Below, piece by piece: positions 44,773 to 55,358 of a DNA stretch of 64,000 nucleotides (positions are counted from its first letter, which is position 1; every line of letters starts with the position of its first letter). Position numbers and translations under genes: made by a program. Source of the stretch: Tortispora ganteri (Eukaryota); the NCBI GenBank assembly GCA_003707115.1, contig PPNB01000001.1:310001-374000 (forward strand), read 5' to 3'. Under the pieces are notes generated by a model, which saw only the letters and a list, made by a program, of their open reading frames with translations, was not told the DNA's origin and made no database searches.

Positions 44773-45810
44773 TATTCGTGTGATGGAGGTTGATTAGTTA
44801 GTGGCCGTTTTTGGGATTAATACCTGTTAAAAAGAAACAAAGTTTAAATGGAATTCAGTAAGTCGATAGTACAGTATAAATCATAAGCTGATTTTAATAA
44901 CATCAAAAATACAATATATCTACTATGTTTAAGTGCATAATTTGAGGCTATTATGTTCTGAACGTTTTCTACAACAAATACCGAGAACTAGTAGCACTTA
45001 AATATAATGAATAAACGACAAACGTTATTTTGCGGTTTACAAATATCTATAACAGCTTAATTTATATACACCGTCAACAAAACCCTAAAGCGCTCAAATT
45101 ATAGATATTACTTATTAGATGATAAACTTGAATTAATAAAATAGTAAAATAATAAAATAATAAAACAATAATTAGTTTATAGTTATAGACATCTGACATA
45201 AACTATTAATGTCAGATAGGGTGTCAGATAATAGAGAACTGCACATATTAACCCCCTTGTGCAGCGTTTGTGCGTGCATCGCAATTGGGAAGCTAAGTAT
45301 TGCAACTTTTATACGAAAGAACTCCAACAAATATCTGCAGATCCTTTGGGTGCGTAATAGTCCGGTAAAATCGGGCACTGAAATTCCTACAAGGACTTAA
45401 TAGCGACATATTAGTTTTGCATAATTAACTAATAACCCCAACGCTTTTAATGCATCCAACTTACAAATATGGTCGGTAATTGGTAACTTACTGCACGTTA
45501 CTCGTGGTGAAACAACCTTCACGTGTGTCGGGACTGACGCCAGCCTGTAGTACCATCAATAGTGGCCAACCGTCCAGTGAACTTTAAACTAACACAGCTT
45601 AACCACTGCAAGTTCACTAATATATACTACTGACTTAAACGTTTAACGGCCAAACTTGTCCGATTTAGTGCTCTTTCTTGGTTAGCAATTGATTAATTTT
45701 GCTTCAAGCTATATTTTGCTCAAATCCATTTGCTCTGGGTAACTTATCGTTTCATTAGCCGCTCCACCGCCCCCGTGTAGCAATCAAAACGTCAAGCATT
45801 TAACACAACA

Positions 45811-48696
45811 ATGGTTTCGGATCGCGACCAAGACACACACCGTCCAAGCATATTCAGCGTAGACGATGATCAGTCGGAAATTCAAAATTTTGATCCTGAA
45901 TTGGCCAGTCGGCATCGTTTGCCCCGAAGACCGCCGAGAATCCCTGGTACTGACACTATTGCTTCTTCTATCCCAGAACACCTCGATGAGCTAAGAGACA
46001 TTGACGATGCCGATGATCTAGACTCTTCAGGTAACATAAATGCTGTCAATTATGAGCCAAGTTTAGCAGATTCTTTTGAGTCATTCACGCTAAGAGACAA
46101 GCAAGCAGCTATAAATGTAACACACCCCTTTGGTATCCGTATATGGAAACCAGCTCTTTACAAGAAACTCCGTTCCGTCCAGAAGAATGCTGAGGCTGAT
46201 ATCCATTCATCTCCTAATCAGAAAGTCACTTTTGGCCTCTGGCTGGGAAATGCATTCTATACTATCACCTTTGGCTTATTCTTATTTATTTTCTGCACTT
46301 CTGTCTCAGCTGCCATCTTATGCTTCGCCTGGATCTATAGCGCGCAAGAATACGGTTTTCTCACTTTTCGACTTGGACTCTACCTTTTGACGCCCTACAA
46401 ATATTTTGTTGTTCTTACCCGTGATGAGAACTACCTTTTAGAGGATTCACATGAAGGCAGATCCCTGGGTGATTACTACCGCTGGCAGGCCGGCGACATC
46501 GAAGGTGGAAGACTTGTGTTTGGCCCCACTCAACAGGAACACAACTCTACTGGTCAATCATCTCAGTATAACTCGCTTCCAAATACTGCATCATCTTCTT
46601 CAACTGATCCTCTTCTTTCGTCAAGTCAAGAACACCCTCATTTTAAAAGGAGACTTTTTGGAAGGGGTTCTTGGAACTTTGGGCGTATCTTGTTTTATGT
46701 CAGCTATTACACCTTTTTGCTCCCCGTCTTCTCCCTGATGTCGCTGATTTTTTATTTCCTAGTCTTTTCAATCCCAATGGCTAAAGTACTTCGACATATG
46801 TCGTACTTCTTACGTCGTCATCCTTTAGCTCTGGGATTTGTTCACACTAACTCTCCATCCGAAGTTCATCGAGCTGAATCAAAACCGATCTTACTCTGCA
46901 CGCACACCATGTTTAGCGCAAAATACTATAAGTATACCATCGATGGTACAAATATCTTTCTTATCAATTTAATGGCTATTGTGGTGTTTGCCATCGTCGA
47001 TAATTATCTATTCAGAAAAGCTTTAGGTATTGAGCATCTGATCGCCAGTCCTTATAGCATTTTTGTTCTTTCCTTAGCATCGGTCATTCCTTTGGCTTAT
47101 TTCATTGGGCAAGCTGTTGCTTCTATTTCTGCGCAGTCATCAATGGGACTCGCAGCTGTCATTAATGCCTTGTTCTCAACTATTGTGGAAGTCTTTTTAT
47201 ATTCTGTTGCTTTATATGGTGGTAAAGGTGACCTTGTAGAAGGCAGTATTGTGGGGAGTATTCTAGCCGGAATTCTTGCTTTACCAGGTATGTCTATGGT
47301 GGGTGGAGCTACTTATCGGAAAACTCAACGTTACAATCCTAAATCTGCCGGCGTGAGCTCAACTATGTTGATGTTTGCCATAGTATGTGCATTTATCCCT
47401 ACTATCTTCTACCAGATATTTGGTTCATATGAGCTGAACTGTCGGTCCTGCTCCGGTGACTCAAGCTCACCCATTGAAAAGTGTAAGGAATGCCACTTTT
47501 TCCAAGTGCCTCTGGATAACGACTACTTGTTTCAAAATGCTGTGCGCCCTTTATGCTATATCTGTGCTGTACTTCTATTTGTCTCTTATCTTATTGGCTT
47601 GTGGTTTACTCTACGTACACATGCTGCTCTCATTTGGCAATCTGCCACTACGCACGAAGACACACATCCTGTTAAACGGACTGGAGAACTCCCTTACGAT
47701 AGATCATTAGGTATCGCTACTTCCCATACCGTTATATCACCTCGGCCAGCACAGGATAATAATAATCGATATTCCCGGAAATCCTCTACAGATTTGAAAA
47801 AACCGCCACAGCTTAACCTCACTAGTCTGTCAAAGGAAGATAACGACAAATTGAACGAATTCATAGCTGCAGCTACTACTCAAGGCGCGTTTAGCACCTC
47901 AAAATCACACAGCTATTCCGTCTCCATGGGAAGAACGGGCGTCAAAAGCAGATCCAACTCAACTACAAATACAAGTGCCTTAAGGCAAAGATCATCTGTT
48001 GTTCCTCAATTAGATGTACCCACAAGTACTAGTATCTCTTCAGAGGCAGTATGTCCTCCTGGTTCGGCTCTGCAAAATAGACCTTCTTCGCAACAGCAGA
48101 TCTTAGAAGAAGAAGATCCATTTCTGGTCAACGCTGAGGCTGATGCAGGTGGTCACGATGCCCCTAATTGGAGCAAAAAGAAGAGTACTGTTATTCTTCT
48201 TGGTGCCACTGTTCTCTATGCTGTAATAGCAGAAATACTTGTTGACACGGTTGATGTTGTCATAAGTAAATGGAACATTGATGCGAAGTTCTTGGGCATC
48301 ACCCTCTTTGCGGTAATTCCTAATACTACCGAGTTCTTAAATGCTATATCTTTTGCTATGCATGGAAATATTGCGTTAAGTATGGAAATTGGATCGGCAT
48401 ATGTACTCCAGGTATGTTTGTTGCAAATGCCTGCCTTGGTTTTTATAAGTATTTTTACACTGCCATACGCTAGCAACTTACATGACTTCACATTCACACT
48501 TATATTTCCACAGTGGGATGCTCTTGTTGTTATTCTTTGCACACTTTTGTTTCTTCATATTTATCAAGAAGGAAAAAGTAATTACTTCAAGGGGTCAATC
48601 CTTATTCTGGCATATTTAGCGGTAATGTGCGGATTCTTCTTCTCTGACTTCGCTGACTCCGTTACACGTTTTCACAGTGTCATAATTACAAACTGA
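45811..48696 (+). CDS. VNX1: Vacuolar cation/H+ exchanger Vnx1 (CaCA family)
   Basis: THPFGIRIWKPALYKK, IGQAVASIS, GHDAPNWS, PNTTEF.NAI.FA. Confidence 0.93.
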   Translation: MVSDRDQDTHRPSIFSVDDDQSEIQNFDPELASRHRLPRRPPRIPGTDTIASSIPEHLDELRDIDDADDLDSSGNINAVNYEPSLADSFESFTLRDKQAAINVTHPFGIRIWKPALYKKLRSVQKNAEADIHSSPNQKVTFGLWLGNAFYTITFGLFLFIFCTSVSAAILCFAWIYSAQEYGFLTFRLGLYLLTPYKYFVVLTRDENYLLEDSHEGRSLGDYYRWQAGDIEGGRLVFGPTQQEHNSTGQSSQYNSLPNTASSSSTDPLLSSSQEHPHFKRRLFGRGSWNFGRILFYVSYYTFLLPVFSLMSLIFYFLVFSIPMAKVLRHMSYFLRRHPLALGFVHTNSPSEVHRAESKPILLCTHTMFSAKYYKYTIDGTNIFLINLMAIVVFAIVDNYLFRKALGIEHLIASPYSIFVLSLASVIPLAYFIGQAVASISAQSSMGLAAVINALFSTIVEVFLYSVALYGGKGDLVEGSIVGSILAGILALPGMSMVGGATYRKTQRYNPKSAGVSSTMLMFAIVCAFIPTIFYQIFGSYELNCRSCSGDSSSPIEKCKECHFFQVPLDNDYLFQNAVRPLCYICAVLLFVSYLIGLWFTLRTHAALIWQSATTHEDTHPVKRTGELPYDRSLGIATSHTVISPRPAQDNNNRYSRKSSTDLKKPPQLNLTSLSKEDNDKLNEFIAAATTQGAFSTSKSHSYSVSMGRTGVKSRSNSTTNTSALRQRSSVVPQLDVPTSTSISSEAVCPPGSALQNRPSSQQQILEEEDPFLVNAEADAGGHDAPNWSKKKSTVILLGATVLYAVIAEILVDTVDVVISKWNIDAKFLGITLFAVIPNTTEFLNAISFAMHGNIALSMEIGSAYVLQVCLLQMPALVFISIFTLPYASNLHDFTFTLIFPQWDALVVILCTLLFLHIYQEGKSNYFKGSILILAYLAVMCGFFFSDFADSVTRFHSVIITN

Positions 48697-48943
48697 GGAG
48701 ATTATGTTACTAAATTACAGATACATTTATAAATATATATATTCAAGCTATAAATCTGAACATTGACCACATTATGTATGTCGTGGAGTTAATGATTCGT
48801 CAAATTAAGATAAGGTTAAACTTTTTTGTCCGCAACGGCACAAATATGTAGATCATATTTGCAGTGAGTTTGACGAGGCCCGTATATAAACCGAAGCGCG
48901 TTTTTTTGTTCCGTTGCAAGCGTATTATTTACATTCACAGATA

Positions 48944-49714
48944 ATGTCACAGGATGGTAAAGTTCATTTCGTTCCGAGAGTCCCTGTAGGGCAATCAGCG
49001 AGTACGCAGATTCCGGACCTTAAATTCACTTTTAATGAAGAGCTCCCTGCTATTAAAGTCGCTGTCAATGATGTCCTTCAAGAGATAAATGAGGTAGATG
49101 AAGTGAAGCTATCATCTTCAACCCATGCAGCTCATTTGAAAGTGGAACAAGAGCTAAAACCAGTTGCAGAAGCACTGAAACATATTGAAAGGCTCTTGGA
49201 AATGCACTACGATATTGCGATCAGCGTAGCATGCTCAATCTCAAAGACAATTGGAAAATCAGCATGGTGGAGAAAAGACGATCAGAATAATGCAGTGATC
49301 CCAAGAATATGGCTTCAGCATTTAGGAACCGCCTTCAAAGACCTTCGAGAGATTAGCAACCAGATCGAATGTTTAAACAAAAAGATTTCGACCAAAAAAT
49401 CAACTATCTCTGAACCTTCTAGCAACTATAACAATATGCCTTTAGATCATTATATAGTGAGAAACGGACAAAAGGAGTCGCCAATTTTCCCCCGCTCGGT
49501 CTCTTTACCATCTGCTATACAAGAAAATCGTCCCCAAACATACAACTTCGCTACTTCAAATGATACTGAAATTACCAGTCAAGCGAATTATATTCCAAGG
49601 CCACCAACTGCGGTTCGAAAATTGGCACAGAGAGCAGGGGGTCAGGGTCTTTCTACAGAGGGACCAGCTGTAAAGCCTGCAATGTTTCACAAACCGTCAA
49701 GATATTGGAAATGA
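48944..49714 (+). CDS. Hypothetical protein (256 aa)
   Basis: Long open frame between known genes, with TATATAAA about 60 nt upstream; no recognisable motif. Confidence 0.65.
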   Translation: MSQDGKVHFVPRVPVGQSASTQIPDLKFTFNEELPAIKVAVNDVLQEINEVDEVKLSSSTHAAHLKVEQELKPVAEALKHIERLLEMHYDIAISVACSISKTIGKSAWWRKDDQNNAVIPRIWLQHLGTAFKDLREISNQIECLNKKISTKKSTISEPSSNYNNMPLDHYIVRNGQKESPIFPRSVSLPSAIQENRPQTYNFATSNDTEITSQANYIPRPPTAVRKLAQRAGGQGLSTEGPAVKPAMFHKPSRYWK

Positions 49715-49921
49715 TCAAAATCATCATGCAATAATCACTACTGCTGCTTGATATATCACTTAGAATTACTCTGATAATTCACCGCATAAGCAATAATCGT
49801 TTATAAAGCACAATTAAGCGCTCACCAAAAGCAGTTAGTAGACTTTATCTAAGGTCCGTGACCATAAGAAATGATGATTCTAAGATAAAGTTTATGTCAG
49901 TGTCTTGGGAGGCTGGATGGA

Positions 49922-49969
49922 CCCCACACAGCAGTACCCCCCGGGGAAACTGGCGCGCTTAGTCTGGGG
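49922..49969. promoter_or_regulatory. SYGGRG (Mig1/CreA-type) site cluster
   Basis: CCCCAC, CCCCGGGG and CTGGGG within 50 bp, upstream of a sugar kinase. Confidence 0.5.
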
Positions 49970-50075
49970 TGATTCCACTACTTCTACATTTACGATTTTG
50001 CCCCTATACACATATAGCATATCATTTTCACGACTGGAAAAGGGAAAACCATTAAATTAGCTTATTTGGTTTGTC

Positions 50076-51883
50076 ATGTTTTCCGAGGAAGTGTATTATT
50101 TTGGTATCGATGTTGGTACAGGATCTGCCCGTGCATGCCTTATAGACCGCTCTGGCGAAGTGTTGGTAAGTCTATAATATGAGTTCATTTGATCTTCGAA
50201 CACCATTCTAACAGCCCTAAGGGCGTTGCAAGCAAGGAAATTACCAAATGGGAACCTAAGGTATCTTACTTTAATCAATCTTCTAATGAAATCTGGCAGT
50301 CGTGCTGTTATTGCACCAAGAAAGTTCTCGAGGACACCGGTGTGGACCCCGCCAAAGTGAAAGGCATTGGGTTTGATGGAACGTGCTCATTAGTTGTGAT
50401 TAACGAGACAACAGACGACCCCATGCCTGTGGGGCCTAATTGGAATGAACCGGAGCAGAATATCTTACTTTGGATGGACCATCGTGCAGGCAAACAGACT
50501 AAGGCAATTAATGCAACAAAACATAAACTTCTAAAATACGTTGGTGGACAAATGTCTATTGAGATGGAAATTCCTAAAGCAAAATGGCTAAAGGAGAATA
50601 TGCCTGAGGGAATGTTTGAGCAATGCAAATTCTACGACTTAGCGGACTATCTCACCCATAGAGCTACGGGTAGCGAGAAACGAAGCTTCTGTTCAGTGGT
50701 ATGCAAGCAAGGATACATTCCTGTTGGCGTAGATGGATCTATTAAGGGATGGTCTGAAGATTTCTTGAGTTCTATCGGTTTAGAAGAACTTGTTGAGGAT
50801 AATTTCCGTCGCTTGGGCGGCGTGAACGGCGACAATGGCACTTACCTGTCTGCAGGTGAGTTTGTTGGTTTTCTATCCGAAAAATCTGCCAAAGAATTGG
50901 GTCTCACTGAAAGAGTTGCTGTAGGATCAGGTGTGATTGATGCCTATGCTGGCTGGGTGGGTACTGTTGCGGCGAAATCTGATCTTCTAATTGCTGAGAA
51001 TTCCCCCGACGTAGACCCACATCATGAAGACTGCACTTTCAATCGTTTAGCTGCAGTTGCAGGAACTAGTACTTGTCATCTTGTTATGTCTCCTACTCCT
51101 GTCTTTGTGCCTGGAGTATGGGGACCTTATAGAGATGTGCTTATTCCTGACAGATGGCTTGCAGAAGGTGGACAATCTACCACAGGCGAGCTGCTAAAGT
51201 TTGTTACTACAACACATCCTGCTTATGATGAGTTAATTTTGAAGGCGCAAGGTAAAGGAGTAAGTACCTTTGACTACCTGAACTCATTGTTGGAAGAGAT
51301 GCGTTTGCACAATAGTGCTCCTAATATCCCGTATGTAGCCAAACATTATTTCTTTTATGGAGACCTCTACGGAAATAGGAGTCCGATTGCGGACGAAACT
51401 ATGCGCGGAAATACTGTTGGTCAGGAAATGGATACAAGCCTCGAAAATCTTGCTTTGCAGTATTATGGTGCTATTGAGTTTATTGCTCAGCAGACCAGAC
51501 ATATAACTGATTCTCTCAATAAGGCTGGACATCAGATAACTTCTATTTTTCTTTCAGGAGGACAATGTCGTAACCATTTATTGACTTGGTTAATTGCATC
51601 TGCCACCAAAATGCCTGTGGTTATTCCACGATACATTGACGCCGCTGTCGTATTAGGAGCGGCTATGCTTGGTGCCAAGGCCCATATGGACCATAAATTG
51701 GGCGTGAATACAAAGTTATGGGATATAATGAGTGCTATGTCTAAGACTGGCAAGGTTGTTTGGCCAACGGATGATAAAGAAGTCAGTACCTTACTTGAGG
51801 CTAAGTACGAGATATTCTTAGATCAGGCTGACAGACAGCGCAAGTACCGTGAGGCTGTTGATAGAGCTTTAGGAGAGCTTTAA
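50076..51883 (+). CDS. FGGY carbohydrate kinase (D-ribulokinase, Ydr109c-like); exons 50076-50165 and 50222-51883
   Basis: GIDVGTGSAR, GFD.TCSL, WMDHRA, GTSTCH, EGGQS, GNRSP. Confidence 0.92.
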
Positions 51884-52124
51884 TGCTCACCCAGTTATGC
51901 TTTCATTTTGTTTTTATTGATTCCTTTTAAGATATATACGTACATATTCATACACATATATTATGTAGTTAGTCACTTCTGTAGATCATATTCACACCCA
52001 TCCCCAATTGGCACAAGCCTAATAATAACACCGGACACACCCTTTTACGAGCTAAACGTTTGCACTGTTTAATTGTTCTTACGATTTTCAATCAAACTGC
52101 ATGAATATCTGAAAGCATTGTCAA

Positions 52125-52760
52125 ATGTCTCAAGATTCTAATAGAGGCATCAATCAGCCGCCAAATTTGCAAAATTCTGAGGCTGCTCCTCTGTTCAACG
52201 AAAGCGAAGCCGCGGCATTCTCTGAATTTTTTGATAATGTCGCATTCGATCAGTACTTTGTAATGGACCCTAAAGTTCCTAGTTTTTTGCCCGCAGGCTC
52301 TTCTTTACCATCTGCAAATACGCAACCCAGTCCTCTTCATCCACCTGTTTCGCGCAATCAAAGTGTTGAGGTCGGCTCCTCGTCACCATTTGTCCCCGAT
52401 CAATCACAAACTCCGGGCAACATACCTGTTCGCTCACATCACGCACAGTCTGGCTTTTTGGATTCTGCGCTGTCATCTGAACACCAGATGGATCAAACGT
52501 CTGAACCGGCGCCGGCGACTAAGCGACAACGGCGATCTGAACATGATAAACGTCAAAGCCACATAACAAGTGAGAAACGCAGGCGTGATCTCATCAAACA
52601 GAAATTCGATCAAATTTACGAAATGATTCCTAATAATTCTGAAAACAAAACTCAAAGTCGAGCCGATATACTTGGATCTGCTCAACAATTCATCGCAGCC
52701 CTGGAATCGTCGAATGAGAAACTACGTGCTCTACTGTCTTCAAACGGAAAAAATTCATGA
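52125..52760 (+). CDS. bHLH transcription factor (Ino2/Ino4-like)
   Basis: KRQSHITSEKRRRDLIK basic region and SRADIL helix 2. Confidence 0.8.
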   Translation: MSQDSNRGINQPPNLQNSEAAPLFNESEAAAFSEFFDNVAFDQYFVMDPKVPSFLPAGSSLPSANTQPSPLHPPVSRNQSVEVGSSSPFVPDQSQTPGNIPVRSHHAQSGFLDSALSSEHQMDQTSEPAPATKRQRRSEHDKRQSHITSEKRRRDLIKQKFDQIYEMIPNNSENKTQSRADILGSAQQFIAALESSNEKLRALLSSNGKNS

Positions 52761-52777
52761 CATCTATATTCTTTAAA

Positions 52778-54802
52778 TTACCAGGAAAATGATTCTTCAT
52801 GGAATCCTATGTAGCAATCGGTTTTACTTTGAAGAAACGACACAGCGTTTCTTGCTGCATCGTTGACACTTGCAGGCCCGCACACTAAGACTCCAACGTC
52901 ATTATATCCTTCTATTTGTTTTTCTATGAAAGTTTCAATGTCAGGCTTTTCGTTAACAATAGATTCATTCCACATCATATCAGCATCCCCTACACTTTTC
53001 CTTGTGACTCTGATATGCGTTTCGATATCACTGTCGCTGAACTCGCATAAACTGACCCAACTTAGACAATTAGTGTCTTTCACTATCCACAAAATACATG
53101 CACTGATTCTTATATTCTTTTCGATCAGATCCTTCAGCTCTAGAGCATATGGAACAATACTGGATATTCCTACTCCGCCAGCAATAAGTATTACTTTCTC
53201 ATAATACTTTAGATTCACATGATGTCCGTAAGGGCCTTCTATCCACACTGGCCAGTCGCATCGTTGCAGTAAACGTTCTGATGTGTACTCGACAACTTCA
53301 TATGTTATTCCTTTTTCAGCTTTTATTAAAATCTCCATCTCTTTTCTTCCTGAACTTGCGTTCATAACGGTGAACGGATGTGATTGCCAGAACTTGCGTC
53401 CAAGAAAGTATAGGTAGACATAGTCACCTGCTTGGTATTTGGTGTTTGTTTTAACGGTCAATTTAACGAATCCTGGAGTTACCAAAACGCAGTTTGCCAG
53501 CTTTGGTTGACCTGCTGCCACTATGTGCAACACTCTCAACACTCTGTCAAGAGCCCATAGTGCCATTGAGCCGTACACGAATTTTATCCATGGAAACCCC
53601 TGGCTGTGGTACATGCAGCCCACCAAAAACACAAATGCTGCTGCTATGTGTATGCAGAGGAATAGTTCATAATTTCGGTGGCGTAGCTTATATAGTGAGT
53701 GTATAAGCAGAACGAAGCACATACTGATTGCAACTATGCCGCCAAAGTATAGAGGACTGTTCCATTGGTCTCTTATACGTTGTCTCTCTGTATACGAAAA
53801 ACAGCCCAGGTGCAGCGTTGCCAGCAAAATCATCATCCTTGATGCCCATCTATGGTACACGTTCATCGTCTCGAACGTCCACCCGGTTACACTCGATAGA
53901 ATATTATTACGACTGGCGAACATGATCAGCGGGGGGATATTTGCAAAGGCTAATAAACCCGTTCGGTCTCCGATGTATCGTATGGCTTGATCTTGCGGCC
54001 TGGGGAATAGAGGATTGTTCTGGTAAAACTTGTAAGGATAGGCCACAAATGCCGCTGTAAGAAAACAATAGACTCCAAGTACGCAAACTTGGTACCTTAG
54101 TGGTGTGGACATTGCAAGGTACTTACCAATAGGATAAGGTCTTGAATGGTATCCTTTCAATCCTGTTGGTAAAATAAAGGCTGCATTTATTTTCGCAAAA
54201 TAGTGTCTGAACTTTCTTGATTTCCTCCTGTAAGAGTAAAATACGGGATTCAACAACCTTAATAAACCAGCAAAGCCGCACACTATAAAGAAGAATGAGA
54301 TAGTTATCAATGTCAATATTGCAGTTATTCTCTTGTTGTAATAGAACACAGACAGTGCATGGTATGTTGGTACAAAAATTGAATCAGGGATACGCACCGG
54401 CTGAGTGAGTTTTCCTGCAGGCGCATGTTGTGGATCTATCAGCACCTTGCTTGCATTTTTTGCTATATCTATCCAGTTATCTGTAACTTGAACTTTAGCT
54501 AAAGCGACGCAAGTATTTTGTATTTGTGCCCATGCGTTTGCGGCAATAGGCGATTTCTGTTTGTCGTATATACAGCTAGCCATAGTCCCTAGAGCCGGCA
54601 CGGCTTTGCAAAGACATGTAAATAAATCTGCACCGTTACATTCGTAAGGATATTTTGCTGCTAGCGACATGCACGACAAGCCTAAGGCTTGCATATTAGT
54701 GAAGGAAGCTTCCTCTTCGACTAACACTTTCGCACTAAACTCCGTAGGATACCCTATCTGCTTTAGTATCATACGCTGCATAGACACGTCATTCTGAATC
54801 AT
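52778..54802 (-). CDS. Ferric/cupric reductase (FRE family)
   Basis: DRTG, RNN, YHRW, YE.FL..H, SHPFT, EGPYG, AGGVGI, CGP, ESFSW. Confidence 0.93.
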   Translation of the reverse strand: MIQNDVSMQRMILKQIGYPTEFSAKVLVEEEASFTNMQALGLSCMSLAAKYPYECNGADLFTCLCKAVPALGTMASCIYDKQKSPIAANAWAQIQNTCVALAKVQVTDNWIDIAKNASKVLIDPQHAPAGKLTQPVRIPDSIFVPTYHALSVFYYNKRITAILTLITISFFFIVCGFAGLLRLLNPVFYSYRRKSRKFRHYFAKINAAFILPTGLKGYHSRPYPIGKYLAMSTPLRYQVCVLGVYCFLTAAFVAYPYKFYQNNPLFPRPQDQAIRYIGDRTGLLAFANIPPLIMFASRNNILSSVTGWTFETMNVYHRWASRMMILLATLHLGCFSYTERQRIRDQWNSPLYFGGIVAISMCFVLLIHSLYKLRHRNYELFLCIHIAAAFVFLVGCMYHSQGFPWIKFVYGSMALWALDRVLRVLHIVAAGQPKLANCVLVTPGFVKLTVKTNTKYQAGDYVYLYFLGRKFWQSHPFTVMNASSGRKEMEILIKAEKGITYEVVEYTSERLLQRCDWPVWIEGPYGHHVNLKYYEKVILIAGGVGISSIVPYALELKDLIEKNIRISACILWIVKDTNCLSWVSLCEFSDSDIETHIRVTRKSVGDADMMWNESIVNEKPDIETFIEKQIEGYNDVGVLVCGPASVNDAARNAVSFLQSKTDCYIGFHEESFSW

Positions 54803-55358
54803 TATTTCTACACACTTAGTGATTTTTGCAAATATTTTCAGATTGTATGTGTCGATACTAATATATATATATGTGCAGCTTTGTAAGATGAGATTTTGGA
54901 GTTAATTGGAGTTGACTGCATTGTTCGGTAGAAGCCGGTTTTAATCAGATTAATCTCAAACTTTATCTTATCACATCCAATCATAATGCTTTATTCGATA
55001 AGATTATTTATTACAATGGAGTCTCCTGTCAAGCTCACTCGTAGGACAAATATATGCCAACTCCATTATCGAGCGCAACCCTGAAAAAATGCAAAATATC
55101 ATACAGCTGCTTATGCCTGTCTATGAGTGAAATTCAGAGATGGCGCTAACCCTTAAAAAAAAGAGGGTTGGTCAGGGCAGATGAGTTGCCGGGGTCCGGG
55201 TTAATTGACAGGGTCACTTGATTGCAAATCAAAGGCTGCGGCTAATAAACTGAAGGGTTTGCAAGCCATGTTTAAGCGTTGAGTGGCTCAACTAAGGGAC
55301 TATAAAGCAGCTATATATTGAGGCAGTATGATAATTTCTGTTAACTTGTAAATTGACA

